From positions 1,178,001-1,242,000 of the forward strand of contig JAXLNO010000385.1 of NCBI GenBank assembly GCA_038087875.1: a stretch of 64,000 nt of DNA, given 5' to 3'. The notes beneath the pieces were generated by a model. It was not told where the DNA came from. It saw nothing but the letters and a program-made list of their open reading frames with translations, and searched no databases. This document shows, piece by piece, positions 1 to 21,332 of this stretch. How positions within the stretch are numbered: position 1 is the first letter of the stretch; each line of letters starts with the position of its first letter. A program made the translations under genes and the position numbers. The stretch is from Malacoraja senta. Taxonomy: Eukaryota.

Positions 1-375
1 TGAGGCAGCGACTGCGATAGATCCCCTCGATGGAAGGGAGGTCAGAGCCGATGATGGACTGAGCAGTGTTTATTACATTTTGTAGTCTTTTCCTCTGCAG
101 GGCGCTCAAGTTACCGAACCAAGCCACGATGCAACCGGTCAGCATGCTCTCTACTGTGCACCTGTAGACGTTCGAGAGCGTCCTCCTTGACAAACTGACC
201 CTCCGTAATCTTCTCAGGAAGTAGAGGCGCTGATGTGCTTTCTTATTAATTGCATCAGTGTTCTCGGACCAGGAAAGATCTTCAGAGATGTGCACGCCCA
301 GGAATTAGAAGCTCTTGACCCTTTCAACCATCGACCCGTTGATATAAACGGGACTGTGGGTCCCCATCCTACTCC
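1..375 (-). mobile_element. Rex1/Babar-like LINE, downstream RT portion, split from 2754-3545 by an L1 insertion and running off the window start
   Basis: Reverse complement closely matches the + strand copy at ~33230-33610 (e.g. TCCATCATCGGCTCTGACCTCCCTTCCATCGAGGGGATCTATCGCAGT). Confidence 0.85.
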
Positions 376-2753
376 TTTTTTTTTGATTAATATTTTTATT
401 AGAAGCAAATAAAGTATAGTAACATATTATAATAGAAAAAAAAACTTTTCATATACATCAATCATACATTATTAAAATTGTCAATTGTCAACTAATTCTG
501 CTTCTGTTTTTTTTTATATAGATAGAAAAAGAGAGGTAGAAAGAAAAAAGCATTACAAATATCGAGAAAAAAGAAAGAAAAAGAGGTGGAATGAGTTATT
601 TATAATACGTCATTGGAGATAAATTCGTAGGTTATGATAATTTTACATCTAATCCTGAGTTCAAGCTTCAGTTGGGTTTTCGTGCTGGGCCCATCTATCC
701 CTTCAAATAGTTAATGAATGGAGCCCATATTTTAACAAAAAGTTCTTGTATGTCCATTAAGACAAGTCCGACATTTCCACAATCCACATTTTCATTGTGG
801 GGGTTATAGGACCTTTCCAAAATGTTAATATTAATTTTTTCCCAGTTATTATACTGTAGTCAAGGAAGTTTCTTTGACTTGTTGTGAGTATTAAACTTTG
901 TTCTGATATCCCAAGTATTATTAATTTTGAGTCTGGATCCAATTTAGTATTAACAACTTCAGAAATTATTTCAAAAGTATCAATCCAGAATTTTTTGATT
1001 TTTATACAATTTGCAAAAGTATGTGTTAAATTGGCCTCCAGATGTAGGCATTTATCACAAATAGGAGAAATATGTGGGAAGATTCTATTTAGTTTTATTT
1101 TGGAATAATGTAATCTGTGTAAGACTTTAAATTGTATTAAAGCATTTCTGGCATTTAACGGGCATTGATGTATATGTTGTAAACTTTCGTACCAAATGTC
1201 TTTCGTTATAGAGTGACCTAACTCATTTTCCCATGTTTGTCTATATAGTTCCATCGGTGGTACCTCATTGTTTAAGAGGATGTTATAGATATAAGCTATT
1301 ATTTTTTCAGTGTTAGGATGCTTATTCAAACATTCATCAAGAATTTCTGGTTCCCTAGTCCTATATACTTGTGTATTAGATTTCACATAATCTCTAATTT
1401 GTAGATATCTGAAAAAATTATTTGAGTGTAGTCCATAATTCTGTTGTAACTCTTGAAATGACAGAAAGATGCCTTCCCTATAAAGATGTCCAATCTTTTT
1501 AATCCCATAATCTTTCCATTGTATAAAACCTCTATCCAATATGGACGGTTTGAATAAAGGATTATTTACAATGGGAAGACATAGTGGTATATTATTCAGT
1601 TTTAAAGCTTTTTTTTAATTGTTTCCAAATTCGTATTCCACTATGTATTATACGGTTTTCCTTATAGGTTTTTTAATGCAATTTTGTGGGAACAAGTATA
1701 ATCGAACCAATTTCAAAAGGTAAACAGTCTTCGTTTTCCATCCTTAACCAATCTGGATATTGATCCATTTCTTCCAGCCAGAAATTCATGTTTTTAATAT
1801 AGACTGCCCAAAAATAAAATAAGAAATTTGGCAAAGCCAAACCTCCGTTGCTCTTTGACTTACATAGATGTTTTTTACTTATTCTTTGATTCTTATAATC
1901 CCAAATAAAGCTTGTACCAATGGAGTCGACTTTTTTGAAAACGTTTTTTGGAATATATATCGGAATTAATTGAAATAGATACAGTAGTTGCGGTAAGAAG
2001 ATCATTTTTATAGCATTAATTCTACCAAGCATTGAAATGGGAATTGTTTTCCAGTACTGAATATTATTGTGTAATTTATTAAGTAAGGGTGGAAAATTTA
2101 GTTTAAATAAAGAGGTATATGTCTTAGTTACATAGATTCCTAAATATTTAAGTTTATCTTTAACTATTTTAAAAGGGGATTGTTGCAATGTATTTGAATT
2201 GAATTTTGTTATTGCCATGATTTCACTTTTATTCCAGTTAATTCTATATCCTGAGAACTGATCAAATTGAGTTATTAGATTTAATAGATTTGGAATACTA
2301 ATTTCTAACTTTGTGATATATATTAGTACATCATCTGCATATAAGGAAGTTTTATTCCTTGTATCTCTATTGTTGTACCCGTGTATTCCTGGATGGGTTC
2401 TAACGATTTCTGCTAATGGTTCAATTGCAAGAGCAAATAATAGTGGGGATAATGAGCATCCTTGTCTGCAACCTCTAGAAAGATTAAATTTAGCTGATAA
2501 CATTTGGTTTGTTAATATTCTAGCTGTTGGATTGGAGTATAACAGTTTAATCCATGTGCAGTACTTCTCTCCTAGTTGAAATTTTTCCATTACCGAAAAT
2601 AAATATGACCATTCTACCTGGTCAAATGCTTGTTCAGCATCTAACGATATAATTGCTAGATCTGCATTAGGAATTCTATTTGTATATATAATATTGAATA
2701 GTCTTCTCAAATTATAAAATGAGTAGCGTTTTGGAATAAAACCAGTTTGGTCG
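376..2753 (-). mobile_element. 5'-truncated L1-clade LINE (ORF2 RT and C-terminal CCHC region, frameshifted, with 3' UTR and short poly(A))
   Basis: ORF 1673-2710 has SLDAEQAFD, GCRQGCSLSPLLF and LYADD. ORF 757-1539 has CDKC-x8-H-x4-C. A T-run lies at 376-384. The direct repeat GGGTCCCCATCCTACTCC flanks the element at 358-375 and 2754-2771. Confidence 0.92.
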
Positions 2754-3545
2754 GGGTCCCCATCCTACTCCTTCTAAAGTCCACAATCAGTTCCTCGGTT
2801 TTGCTGGTGTTGAGGGCCAAGTTATTGTGCTGGTACCATATGGAGAGTCGCTCGATCTCTCTTCTGTACTCTGACTCATCCCCATCAGTGATACGTCCCA
2901 CAACAGTGGTGTCGTCAGCGAACTTGATGATGGAGTTCGCTATATGACCGGCTACGCAGTCATGAGAATAGAGTGAGTACAGCAGGGGGCTGAGCACGCA
3001 GCCTTGAGGTGTTCCCGGGCTGATTGTTATCCAGTCTGACACATTTCCACCAATACGAACAGACTGTGGTCTGTGAATGAGGAAGGCGAGGATCCATTTG
3101 CCGAGGCATGCGCAGAGACCCAGTTCTGCGAGTTTGGTAACCAGCTTGGAGGGGATGATTGTATTAAATGCCGAGCTGTAATCAATGAATAACAGACTGA
3201 CATATGAGTTTGTGTTGTCCAAGTGGTCCAGAGTGGAGTGGAGGGCCAGCAAGATCGCATCCACCATTGATCTGTTGTGGCGGTAATCGAACTGCAGTGG
3301 GTCCAGGTTTTTGTCGAGGTAGGAGTTGATTTGCACCATGATCAACCTCTCAAAGCACTTCATCACCACAGGCGTTAGTGCCACTGGTCGATAGTCATTG
3401 AGGCACGTCACTTACTCATCTTGGGCACCGGTAAAATTGATGCCCTTTTGAAGCAGGTGGGAACCTCGGACCTCAGAAGTGAGAGGTTGAAAATATCCGT
3501 TAAAACTCCAGCCAGTTGGTCCGCACAGGTTTTTTCTAACACGAC
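2754..3545 (-). mobile_element. Rex1/Babar-like LINE RT fragment (5'-truncated)
   Basis: ORF 2707-3411 reads [10 protein letters not shown]...DPLQF...[14 protein letters not shown]...[14 protein letters not shown]...KFADDTT, typical of Rex1/Babar RT. Confidence 0.88.
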
Positions 3546-4030
3546 CAATTCGAATTGGATTTGGAGTTCGAGTCAGTTCGAGTTCGAGATAGAGTTCGAG
3601 TTCAATGAATGAATGAATGAATGAATACATTTATGGGCCAAGTATTCTCATACAAGGAATTTGCCTTGGTGCTCCGCCAGCAAATCGAACTCCAACTCGA
3701 TTCGAAATAGAGTTCGAGGTCGAGATGGTGTTCGAGATAGAGTTCGTGTTCGACAGAGAGTTCGATATAAAGTTCGAGATCGAGTTCCAGATCGAATTAG
3801 AGTTCGAGTTCGAGTTGATTGAATGAATAAATGAATGAATACGTTTATTGGTCAAGTATTCACATACAAGGAATATGCCTTGGTGCTCCGCCCGCAAGTC
3901 CAACGAACTCGAGTTCGAGATATAATACGAGTTCGAGTTCGATTTCTAATTCGAGTTCGAGTTCGAGATAGTTCGAGTTCGAGATAGAGTTCGCGATAGT
4001 TCGAGTTCGAGTTGAATGAATACGATACGT
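3546..4030 (-). repeat. (GAGTTC)n/(GAAT)n satellite with two conserved cores
   Basis: Hexamer array with reverse-complement cores at ~3630-3682 and ~3845-3900. Confidence 0.9.
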
Positions 4031-4031
4031 G

Positions 4032-4099
<68 letters not shown>

Positions 4100-6440
4100 G
4101 GGTGGAGAGAGAGAGACGGGTGGAGAGAGAAGGATGGGGAGAGGAGAGAGAGGGAGAGAGAGGGAGAGAGTAGAAGGTCTGGGAGAGGGAGAGAGCGAGA
4201 CGGGGAGTGGACGAAGTGAGAGATGAGGTCTCGTCTGAAGAACTCTCTCGGCCCGAATCATGTCGCAATCATTCTCCCCAGAGATGCTACATGTCACGCG
4301 GCGTTACGCCAGCATTTTGTTTGTCTATGTTAAGCCAAGTTATGTCATGGACAGGTTAAGAAACTGTACTCAACATATGATGAGCGTTTATCGGCACTGG
4401 GCCTGTACTCACTGCAGTTTAGAACAACGAGGGGGGACCTCATTGAAACGTTTTAGAGACATTTCGACAGGAACATGGACCCGTTCGATCCTGACCACGG
4501 GCGCTGTCTGTGCAGAATTTGCTCTTTCTCCCCGCGACCTGCATCGGGCCGGCACGGTGCTTCCCACTCCCCACCCTCTCCCCCCTCCGTCACTCGCTCG
4601 ACCTCCCCATCATTCTCCCCCTCTCCCCCCTCCCCATCTCCCCCCCCTCTTCCCGTCTCTCACTCTCTCTCTCCCCATCTCTCCCTCCCTCCCCATCACT
4701 CTCCCTCTCCTCTCTTCCCGTCTCTCTCTCCCTCTCCATCTGTCTCTCTCCCTCTCCCGGTTCCTCTCTCTATCTTCCTCAACTCGCCTCTCCCTCTCCC
4801 CGCCTCTCTCCCCCGTTTCTCCCTACCTATCCCCGGCTCTCGCTTGCCCCATCCACGCCTCCCTCTCTCCCTCTGCCAGTCTCTCTCACCCCATCGCTCT
4901 CTACTTCCCCCGTCTCTCTCCCCTCTCCATCCCTCCCTCCGTCTCCATCTCTAGACCCTTCTCTCTCTCCCCCCTCCCCCCATCTCTCTGTACCTACCTC
5001 CCTGTACCCTCTCTCTCCCCCCGTCACTTTCTCTCTCTGACTTTTTCCGCCAGACACTCCCTCCTTCCTGCTGTGACAAACGACGAGACACAGAGCGAGA
5101 GTGAGTGACGGGAGAGGGAGAGACAGACGGGGAGGGGGTGGTGAGAGCGACTGGGAGGGAAGAGAGAGAGAGAGAGAGAGGATGGGAGGGGATGGAGCGA
5201 AAGAGATGAGACGGGGAGGGGAGAGAGAGAGACAGTGAGGGGAGGGAGGAGAAAGTGACACACGGAGAAAGAGAGGGATAGAGAGGGGAGAAGGAGATGG
5301 AGAGGGGAGAGGAGGGAGGGAGATACACGGGAAGGGAGAGAGAGAGACGGAGAGAGAGACACGTGGAGGGAGAGAGAGATAGATGGTGAGGGAGGGAGAG
5401 TGAGAGACGGGGAGGGGGAGAGAGAGAGGAAAAGTAAGAGTGACGGAGAGGCGAGGGAGAGAGAGGGGTGAGAAGAGGCGAGGGGGGGAAGAGAGAGAGC
5501 CCGGTGGGAGAGGGATAGAGACGGGTAGGTGAAGGAAAAATACACGGGTAGGGGAGGGAGAGAGAGCCGGGGATGGAGGGCGAGATAGAGAGTGATGGGG
5601 AAGGAGAGAGAGAGAGAGAGAGAGAGAGGGAGATGGAGAGTGGCGGAGAGGAGAGAGAGATACAGGGAGGAGATGGGGTGACGGGGAGGGGGAGGATAGG
5701 GAGATGCGACGGCTAGGGGACCAGATAGAGAAATAGAAGGGGAGGGGAAAGAGAGAGTGACGGAAACGGGGGGGGGGGGGGTGGGAGAGACAGGAGAGGA
5801 GGGAGGGGGACGGGCGGGGAAAGGAGCGAAATGGGGAGGGAAGGGAGAGAGACGGAGAGGGGAGAGAGAGACAGGAAGGGGGAGAGATGGAGGGACGAGG
5901 GAGACAAGGACACGGACCCCAACGTCCCACCCACTCCCCTGCCTCCCCCTCCTCCCTCCCTCTCTCCCTCCCTCCACTTCCTCCCCTCTATGTATACATA
6001 CTGTTTGGTGCTGCTGCTGGTTTGGATGTCATTGTTGTGTCTGGGATATTTGACAATGAAGCACACGTGAGTCTTGACCCGCTGCCCCTCTCCCTCTTAC
6101 ACAGTCTCTCTCCCTCCGCGTTGCTCTCTCTTCCATCCAGTCACTCCACTCACTTTTTCCGTACTCCCCTTCTTTCATCTTTCTTTCTCCCTCATTGGAC
6201 CTCATTGATACAACGTTTATGTCATTTGGCCAGAGACATTTGGCCAGACATTTAGACAGGTACAAGGATAGGACAGGTTTAACGGTATACTTACAGGTGC
6301 CCTCCCCTAAATCCGAGTGGTAGAGTTGCTCTCACAGCGCCAGAGACCCGATGGGGAGAGAGATGGGGAGAGAGGATGTAGAGTGGGGGAGATAGTGGAG
6401 AAATGAGACAGAGGGAGCGAGAGAGAGAGAGAGAGAGAGG

Positions 6441-6481
<41 letters not shown>

Positions 6482-6917
6482 GGAGACGGGGGTGGAGAGA
6501 GGATGGGGAGGGGAGGAGAGAGAGAGAGGGAGGGAGTAGAAGGCCTGGGAGACTGAGAGAGCAAGACGGGATTCGAGGAAGTGAGAGATAGGATCTCGTC
6601 TGAAGAACGGTCTCGACCCAAATCATGTCCCATTCATTCTCCCCAGAAATGCTGCATGTCCCGCTGTTCCGCCAGAATTGTGTTTGTCTATGTTAATCGA
6701 AGTGATGTCGTGCCCAGGTTAATAAACTGTGCTCAACATATGATGAGCGTTTGTCGGCACTGGGCCTCTACTCACTGAAGTTCAGAAGAACGAGGGGGGA
6801 CCTCATTGAAACAACGTTTGTGACATTTGGACAGGTACATGGATAAGATAGGTTTAAAGGTATATATCCAGGTGCCCTCTCCTAATTCTCTCATTTACAG
6901 GTGCCCTCCCATATATC

Positions 6918-7010
6918 CAAGTTGCTGCTTCACAGCGCCAGAGACCCGAGTTCGATCCTGACCACGGGCGCTGTCTGTGCAGAGTTTGCACTTTCTCCCC
7001 GCGATCTGCC
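6918..7010 (+). mobile_element. HE1/V-SINE-like tRNA-derived head fragment inside the composite unit (paralogs at ~15827, ~18305 and, on the - strand, ~26400-26470)
   Basis: CACAGCGCCAGAGACCCGAGTTCGATCCTGACCACGGGCGCTGTCTGTGCAGAGTTTGCACTTTCTCCCCG contains the B-box-like GTTCGATCC and resembles the elasmobranch HE1 SINE as recalled. Confidence 0.65.
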
Positions 7011-7049
7011 CCGGGCCGGCACGGTGCCTCCCACACCCTCTCCCTAGCC

Positions 7050-7315
7050 ATAGGATATAGATTCAAAGTGATGGGGAAAAGATTGAATAGGAACCTGAGG
7101 GGGTAACTTTTCGACACAGAGGGTGGTGGGTTTTATGGAACAGCTGCCGGAAGATGTTCTTGAGGCAGGGATTATCACGACGTTTGGGCAGGTAAATGGA
7201 TAGCACAGGTTTGGAGGGATATGGGCCAAACGCGGGCAAGTGGGATAAGTGTAAACGGAGCATGTTGGTCAGTCTGGACAAGTTGACCGAAGGACCTGTT
7301 TCCGTTGTATTATTT
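7050..7315 (+). mobile_element. CR1/HER1-type LINE 3' end fragment inside the composite unit (paralogs ~15958-16225, ~18435-18705 and, on the - strand, ~24365-24625, ~26080-26345)
   Basis: The - strand paralogs translate as FSTQRVVGCMEHLPEDVVEAG, a CR1 ORF2 C-terminal motif, followed by the 3' UTR-like GGATATGGGCCAAACGCGGGCAAGTGGGA...GAAGGACCTGTTTCC. Confidence 0.7.
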
Positions 7316-8833
7316 TCCACAACCCTCTCCGCCCTCTGGCTCTCTCTCGATCTCCCCATAATTCTCCCCCTCCCCGTCCCTCCCTCCCTCTCCCCGTCTC
7401 TCACTCTCTCTCTCCCCGTCTCTCCCTCCTCCCCATCTCTCCTCTCTTCCCCGTCTCTCCCTCCCTCTCCCAGTCTCTCACCCTGTCTCTACTTACCACT
7501 CTCACTGTCCCGTCTCTCTTTCCATCCCCGTCTCCATCTCTAGATCCTTCTCTCTCTCTCTTTCTCCCGTCACTTTATCTCTCTGACTTTTTCTGTCAGA
7601 CACTCCCTCCTTCCTGCTGCGACAAACGCCGAGACGCAGAGCGAGAGCGAGTGACGAGGAGAGGGGTAGACAGACGGGGAGTGGGGGGGGGGAGAGGCGG
7701 GGAGGGAAAGGGAGAGAGAGAGAGGATGGGAGGGGGGAGGAGGGAGCGAAAGAGATGAGAAGGGGAGAGGAGAGGGAGAGACAGAGAGGAGACGAGAGAG
7801 AGGGACACACAGAGAAAGAGAGTGAAAGAGAGGGGAGAGGGAGAGATGGGGAGGGGAGGGAGGGAGAGAGACGGGGAGAGAGAGACGGGGAGAGAGAGAG
7901 ATGGTGAGGGAGGGAAAGAGGGAGACGGGGAGGGTGAGAGAGAGAATACAAGTAAGAGAGGGTCGGGGAGGCGAGAGAGAAATGGGGAGGGGAGGGTGAG
8001 AGATAGAGACGGGGAGGGAAAGAGAGGACCAGGACGGTGGGAGAGCGACGGGGAGCGAAAAAGAGAGAGAGATGGGGAGGGAGCGAGATTGGGATAGGGA
8101 GCAGAGAGAGATGGGGAGGGGAGGGAGAGAGTGGTGGGCGGTGGCGTAGACGAGATAGAGAGATACGGGGAGGAGAGAGGACGGGGAGGGGAAGAGAGAG
8201 AGAGATGCGACGGGTAGGTGACCAGAGAGAGAAAGAGACGGGGAGGGGAAAGAGAGAGTGACGGAGACGGGGGAGAGAGACGGGAAGGGGGAGAAATGGA
8301 GGGGCGAGGGAGACAGGGACACGGACCCCAACGTCCCACCCACTCCCCTGACTCCCCCTCCTCCCTCACTCTCTCCCTCCCTCCTCTTCCTCCCCTCTAT
8401 GTTTACATACTGTTTGGTGCTGCTGCTAGTTGGGATGTCATTATTGTGTCACTGATATTTGACAATGAAACACACGTGAGTCTTGACCAGCTGCCCCTCT
8501 CCCTCTTACACAGTCTCTCTCCCTCCGCGTTGCTCTCTCTTCCATCCAGTCACTCCACTCTCTTTCTCCGTTCCCCCTTCTTTCTCCTTTCTTTCTCCCT
8601 GTCTCTCCCTCCGGAGAAGAACGAGTGGACCTCATTGATACAACGTTAAAGTCATTTGGCCAGAGACATTTGGCCAGACATTTAGACAGGAACATGGATG
8701 GGACAGGTTTAAAGGTATACTTACAGGTGCCCTCCCCTAAAACCGTTGCTCTCACAGCGTCAGACCCGGTGGGGAGAGAGATGGGGAGAGAGGGGGGAGA
8801 GTGGGGGAGATAGTGGAGAAAGGAGATATAGGG

Positions 8834-8909
<76 letters not shown>

Positions 8910-9460
8910 GGAGAGAAAGAGAGAGAGAGAGAGCAAAACGGGGGTGGAGAAAGAAGGATTGGGAGGGGAGGAGAGAGAGAGAGGGAGAGAGTAGAAGGCC
9001 TGAGAGAGGGAGAGAGCGAGACGGGGAGTGGAGGAAGTGAGAGATGGGATCTCGTCTGAAGAACGGTCTCGACCCGAATCATGTCCCATTCATTCTCCTC
9101 AGAAATGCTGCATGTCCCGCAGAGTTCCGGCAGAATTGTGTTTGTCTATGTTAATCCAAGTGATGTCGTGCCCAGGTTAATAAACTGTGCTCAACATATG
9201 ATGAGCGTTTGTCGGCACAGGGCCTGTACTCACTGAAGGTCAGAAGAACGAGGAGGGACCTCATTGATTATTTCCACAACCCTCTCCCCCCTCCGCTCAA
9301 ACGCCGAGACGCAGAGCGAGAGTGAGTGACGAGGAGAGAGAGACAGACGGGAGGGGGTGAGAGAGACGGGGAGGGAACAAGAGAGGGAGAGAGAGAGAGA
9401 GAGACAGAGAGAGAGAGAGGATTGGAGGGGATGGGAGGGAGTGAAAGAGTTGAGACGGAG

Positions 9461-12400
9461 ATTTTGTTCGACTTCGAGTTCGAGTACGAGTTCGAGATCG
9501 TGTTCGAGATCGAGTTGGAGTTCGAGAGAGAGAGAGAGTTCGAGATAGAGAGAGAGATACAGTTAGTTCGAATTCGAGTTCCAGATAGAGTTCGAGTTCT
9601 AGTTCAGGTTCAAGCTCGAGTTAGAATTGAATGAATGAATGAATGAATGAATGAATGAATGAATGAATGAATGAATGAATGAATGAATGAACGAATGAAT
9701 GAATGAATGAATGAATTTATTGGCCAAGTCTTCACATACAAGGAATTCGCCTTGGTGCTCCGCCCGCAAGTGGAACTCCAACTCGAGTTTTAAATAGAGT
9801 TCGAGGTCGAGATCGTGTTCGAGATAGAGTCTGTTTTCGACAGAGAGATCTATATATGGTTCGAGATCGAGTTCTAGATCCAGTTCGAGTTCGAGATAGA
9901 ATTCGAGGTCGAGATAGAGTCCGTTCGAATTCGAGTTCGAGTTCGAGATTGAGGTCGATGTCGAGATAGTGTTGTAGTTCGCGATACAGTTCGAGTTCTA
10001 ATTCGAGTTCGAGTTGAATGAATGAACGAATGAATGAATGAATGAATGAATGAATGAATGAATGAATGAATGAATGAATGAATGAATGAATGAATTTATT
10101 GGCCAAGTATTCACATACAAGGGATTTGCCTTGCAGGTCCGCCAGCAAGTCGAACTCAAACTCGAGTTCGAGATAGTTTGAGTTCGAGATAGAGTACGAG
10201 TTCGAGTTCGAGTTCGAGTTCGAGTTCAAGTTCGAGCTCGAGTTCGAGTTAAATGAATGAATGAATGAATACGTTTATTGGCCAAGTATTCACATACTAT
10301 GTTTTTGCCTCGGTGCTCCGCCCGTAAGTCGAAATCAAACTCGAGTTGGAGATCGAATTCGAGTTCGAGTTCGGGATAGATTTTGAGTTTGAGTTCGAGA
10401 GAGAGTTCGAGTTCGAGATAGAGTTCGAGTTCGAGTTGACCGAATGCATGAATGAATGAATGAATGAATGAATGAATACGTTCATTGGCCATGTATTCAC
10501 ATACACGGAATTTGCTTTGGTGCTCCGCCCGCAAGTCGAACTGGAACTCGATTCTGCGATCCTAGAGAGTACGAGTTCGAGTAGGAGTTAGAGATAGAGT
10601 TCGTGATAGAGTTCGAGTTCGAGTTCAAGTTGCAGTTGGAGTTGGAGTTGGAGTTGGAGTTCGAGATAGAGTTCGAGTTCTAGTTCAAGTTCGAGATAGT
10701 TCGAATTCGAGATAGAGTTCCGGTTCGAGTTCAAGTTCGAGCTCGAGTTCGTGTTAAATGAATGAATGAATGAATAGGTTTATTGGCCAATATTCACATA
10801 CAAGGCATTTGCCTTGGTGCTCCGCCCGTAACTCGAACTCCAACTCGAGTTCTGGATCCAGTTCGAGTTCGAGAGAGAGGTCGAGGTAGCTTTCGAGTTC
10901 GAGATAGAGTTCGAGTTCGAGATAGTTCGATGTCGAGATAGAGTTGTAGTTCGCGATACAGTTCGAGTTCTAATTCGAGTTCGAGATCGAGATCGAGTTC
11001 GAGATCGAGTTCGAGATCGAGTTCGAGTTTAAGTTCGAGTTCCAGCTCGAGTTCGAGTTGAATGAATGAATGAATGAATGAATGAATGAATGAATGAATA
11101 AATGAATGAATAAATGAATGAATGAACGAATGAATGAATTTATTGGCAAAGTATTCACGTACAAGGAATTTGCCTGGGTGCTCCGCCCGCCAGTCGAACT
11201 CGAGTTTGAGATCGAGTTCGCGTTAGAGTACGAATTCGAGTTCGAGTTCGAGTTCGAGTTTAAGTTCGAGCTCGAGTTCGAGTTAAATGAATGAATGAAT
11301 GAATGAATACGTTTATTGAGCGTGTATTCACATACAACGAATTTGCTTTGGTGCTCCGCCCGTAACTCGAACTCGAGTTCGAGATCGAATTCGAGATAGA
11401 TTTCAAGTTCCAGTAGGTGTTCGAGTTCGAGTTAAATTTCGAGTTCGAGATAGAGTTCGAGGTCGAGATATTTAGTTCGAATTCGAGTTTTAAAGAGAGA
11501 TAGATTTCGAGTTCCAGTAGGAGTTCGAGTTCAAGTTCAAGATAGAGTTCGAGTTCGAGTTCGAGTTCGAGATCCAGTTCGCGTTCGAGATAATTCGAGA
11601 TAGAGTTCGCGTTCGAGATAGAGTTCGAATTCGAGAGAGTTCGAGATCGAGTTCGCGTTCGATTGAGAGTTCGTGATAGAGTTCGAGTTCGAGATAAGAG
11701 TTCCAGTTCGATATAGTTCGATTTCGAGATAGAGTTCGTGAAAGAGTTCGAGTTCAATTTCGAGTTGGAGTTGGAGTTGGAGTAGGAGTTCGAGATAGTT
11801 CGAGTTCGAGAGAGAGAGAGAGTTCGAGTTCGAGTTCGAGATAAAGTTCGAGATAGAATTCGTTCGAATTCGAGTTCGAGATAGAGTTGGAGTTCGAGTT
11901 GGGGATTGATTTCGACATATAGTTCGAGAGAGTTAGAGTTCGAGATAGTGTTCGAGGTCGAGATAGAGTTCCTGAAAGAGTTCGAGATAGTTCGAGTTCA
12001 AGTTCGAGTTGGAATTGGAGTTCGATTTCGAGTTCGAGTTCGAGTTCGAGTACGAGTTCGTGATAGAGTTTGTCCAAGTTCGAGTTGGAATTGTAGTTGG
12101 AGTTCGATAGAGTTCGAGTTCGAGATATAGTTCGACTTCGATTTCGAGGACGAGTTCGAGATCGAGTTCGAGATCGAGTTCTAGTTCGAGAGAGAGAGTT
12201 CGAGATAGAATTCGAGATACAGTTAGAGTTCGAATTCGAGTTGAATGAATGAATGAATTTATTGGCCAAGTCTTCACATACAAGGAATTTGCCTTGGTGC
12301 TCCGCCCGCAAATCGAACTCCAACTCGATTTTGAAATAGAGTTCGAGGTCGAGATGGTGTTCGAGATAGAGTTTGTGTTCGACAGAGAGTTCGATATATA

Positions 12401-12872
12401 GTTCGAGATCGAGTTCGAGATCGAGTTCCAGATCGAGTTCGAGTTCGAGATAGAGTTCGAGTTCGAGTTCGAGTTCGAGTTCGAGTTCGAGTTGAATGAA
12501 TGAATGAATGAATGAATGAATGAATTAGTGGATGAATGAATGAATGAATGAATGAATGAATGAATGAAAGAATTAATGAATGAATGAATTAATAAATACA
12601 TTTATTGGCCAAGTATTCACATACAAGGAATTTGCCTTGATGGTCCGCCAGTAAGTCCAACTCCAACTCGAGTTCGAGATAGAGTACGTGTTCGAGTTCG
12701 AGTTCTAATCCGTGTTCGAGTTCGATTTCGAGTTCGAGTTCGTTAGAGAGAGAGTTTGTGATAGAGTTCGAGTTCAATTTGATATTGGAGTTGGAGTTCG
12801 AGTTCGAGATAGTTCGAGTTCGAGATAGAGTTCGCGATAGTTCGAGTTCGAGTTGAATGAATACGATACGTG
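9461..12872 (-). repeat. (GAGTTC)n/(GAAT)n satellite with about nine conserved cores
   Basis: Cores TTTATTGGCCAAGTATTCACATACAAGGAATTTGCCTTGGTGCTCCGCCCGC at ~9717, 10095, 10274, 10481, 10779, 11139, 11312, 12258 and 12601. Confidence 0.92.
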
Positions 12873-20865
<7,993 letters not shown>

Positions 20866-20919
20866 TTTTGTTCGACTTCGAGTTCGAGTACGAGTTCGAG
20901 ATCGTGTTCGAGATCGAGT

Positions 20920-21119
20920 NNNNNNNNNNNNNNNNNNNNNNNNNNNNNNNNNNNNNNNNNNNNNNNNNNNNNNNNNNNNNNNNNNNNNNNNNNNNNNNNN
21001 NNNNNNNNNNNNNNNNNNNNNNNNNNNNNNNNNNNNNNNNNNNNNNNNNNNNNNNNNNNNNNNNNNNNNNNNNNNNNNNNNNNNNNNNNNNNNNNNNNNN
21101 NNNNNNNNNNNNNNNNNNN
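20920..21119. other. Assembly gap (200 N)
   Basis: Run of N characters. Confidence 1.
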
Positions 21120-21230
21120 CCCGTCTCGCCCTCTCCCTCTCCCAGGCCTTCTACTCTCTCCCTCTCTCTCTCTCCTCCACTCCCAATCCTTCTCTCTCCA
21201 CCCCGGCTTTTCTCCTCTTTATCTTTCTCT

Positions 21231-21332
<102 letters not shown>

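Larger units (their letters stand above)
4035..9460 (+). repeat. ~2.4 kb GA/CT-rich composite tandem repeat, two units plus a partial third
   Basis: The anchor TCGTCTGAAGAAC...AATCATGTC recurs at ~4231, ~6596 and ~9052. Each anchor is followed by the same CR1-derived segment (ACATATGATGAGCGTTT...GACCTCATTGA), and the full units continue into CT-rich then GA-rich tracts. Confidence 0.88.

Noticed and set aside
6918..7010. tRNA gene
   Set aside because: Only a B-box-like segment of a SINE head is present, with no complete cloverleaf.
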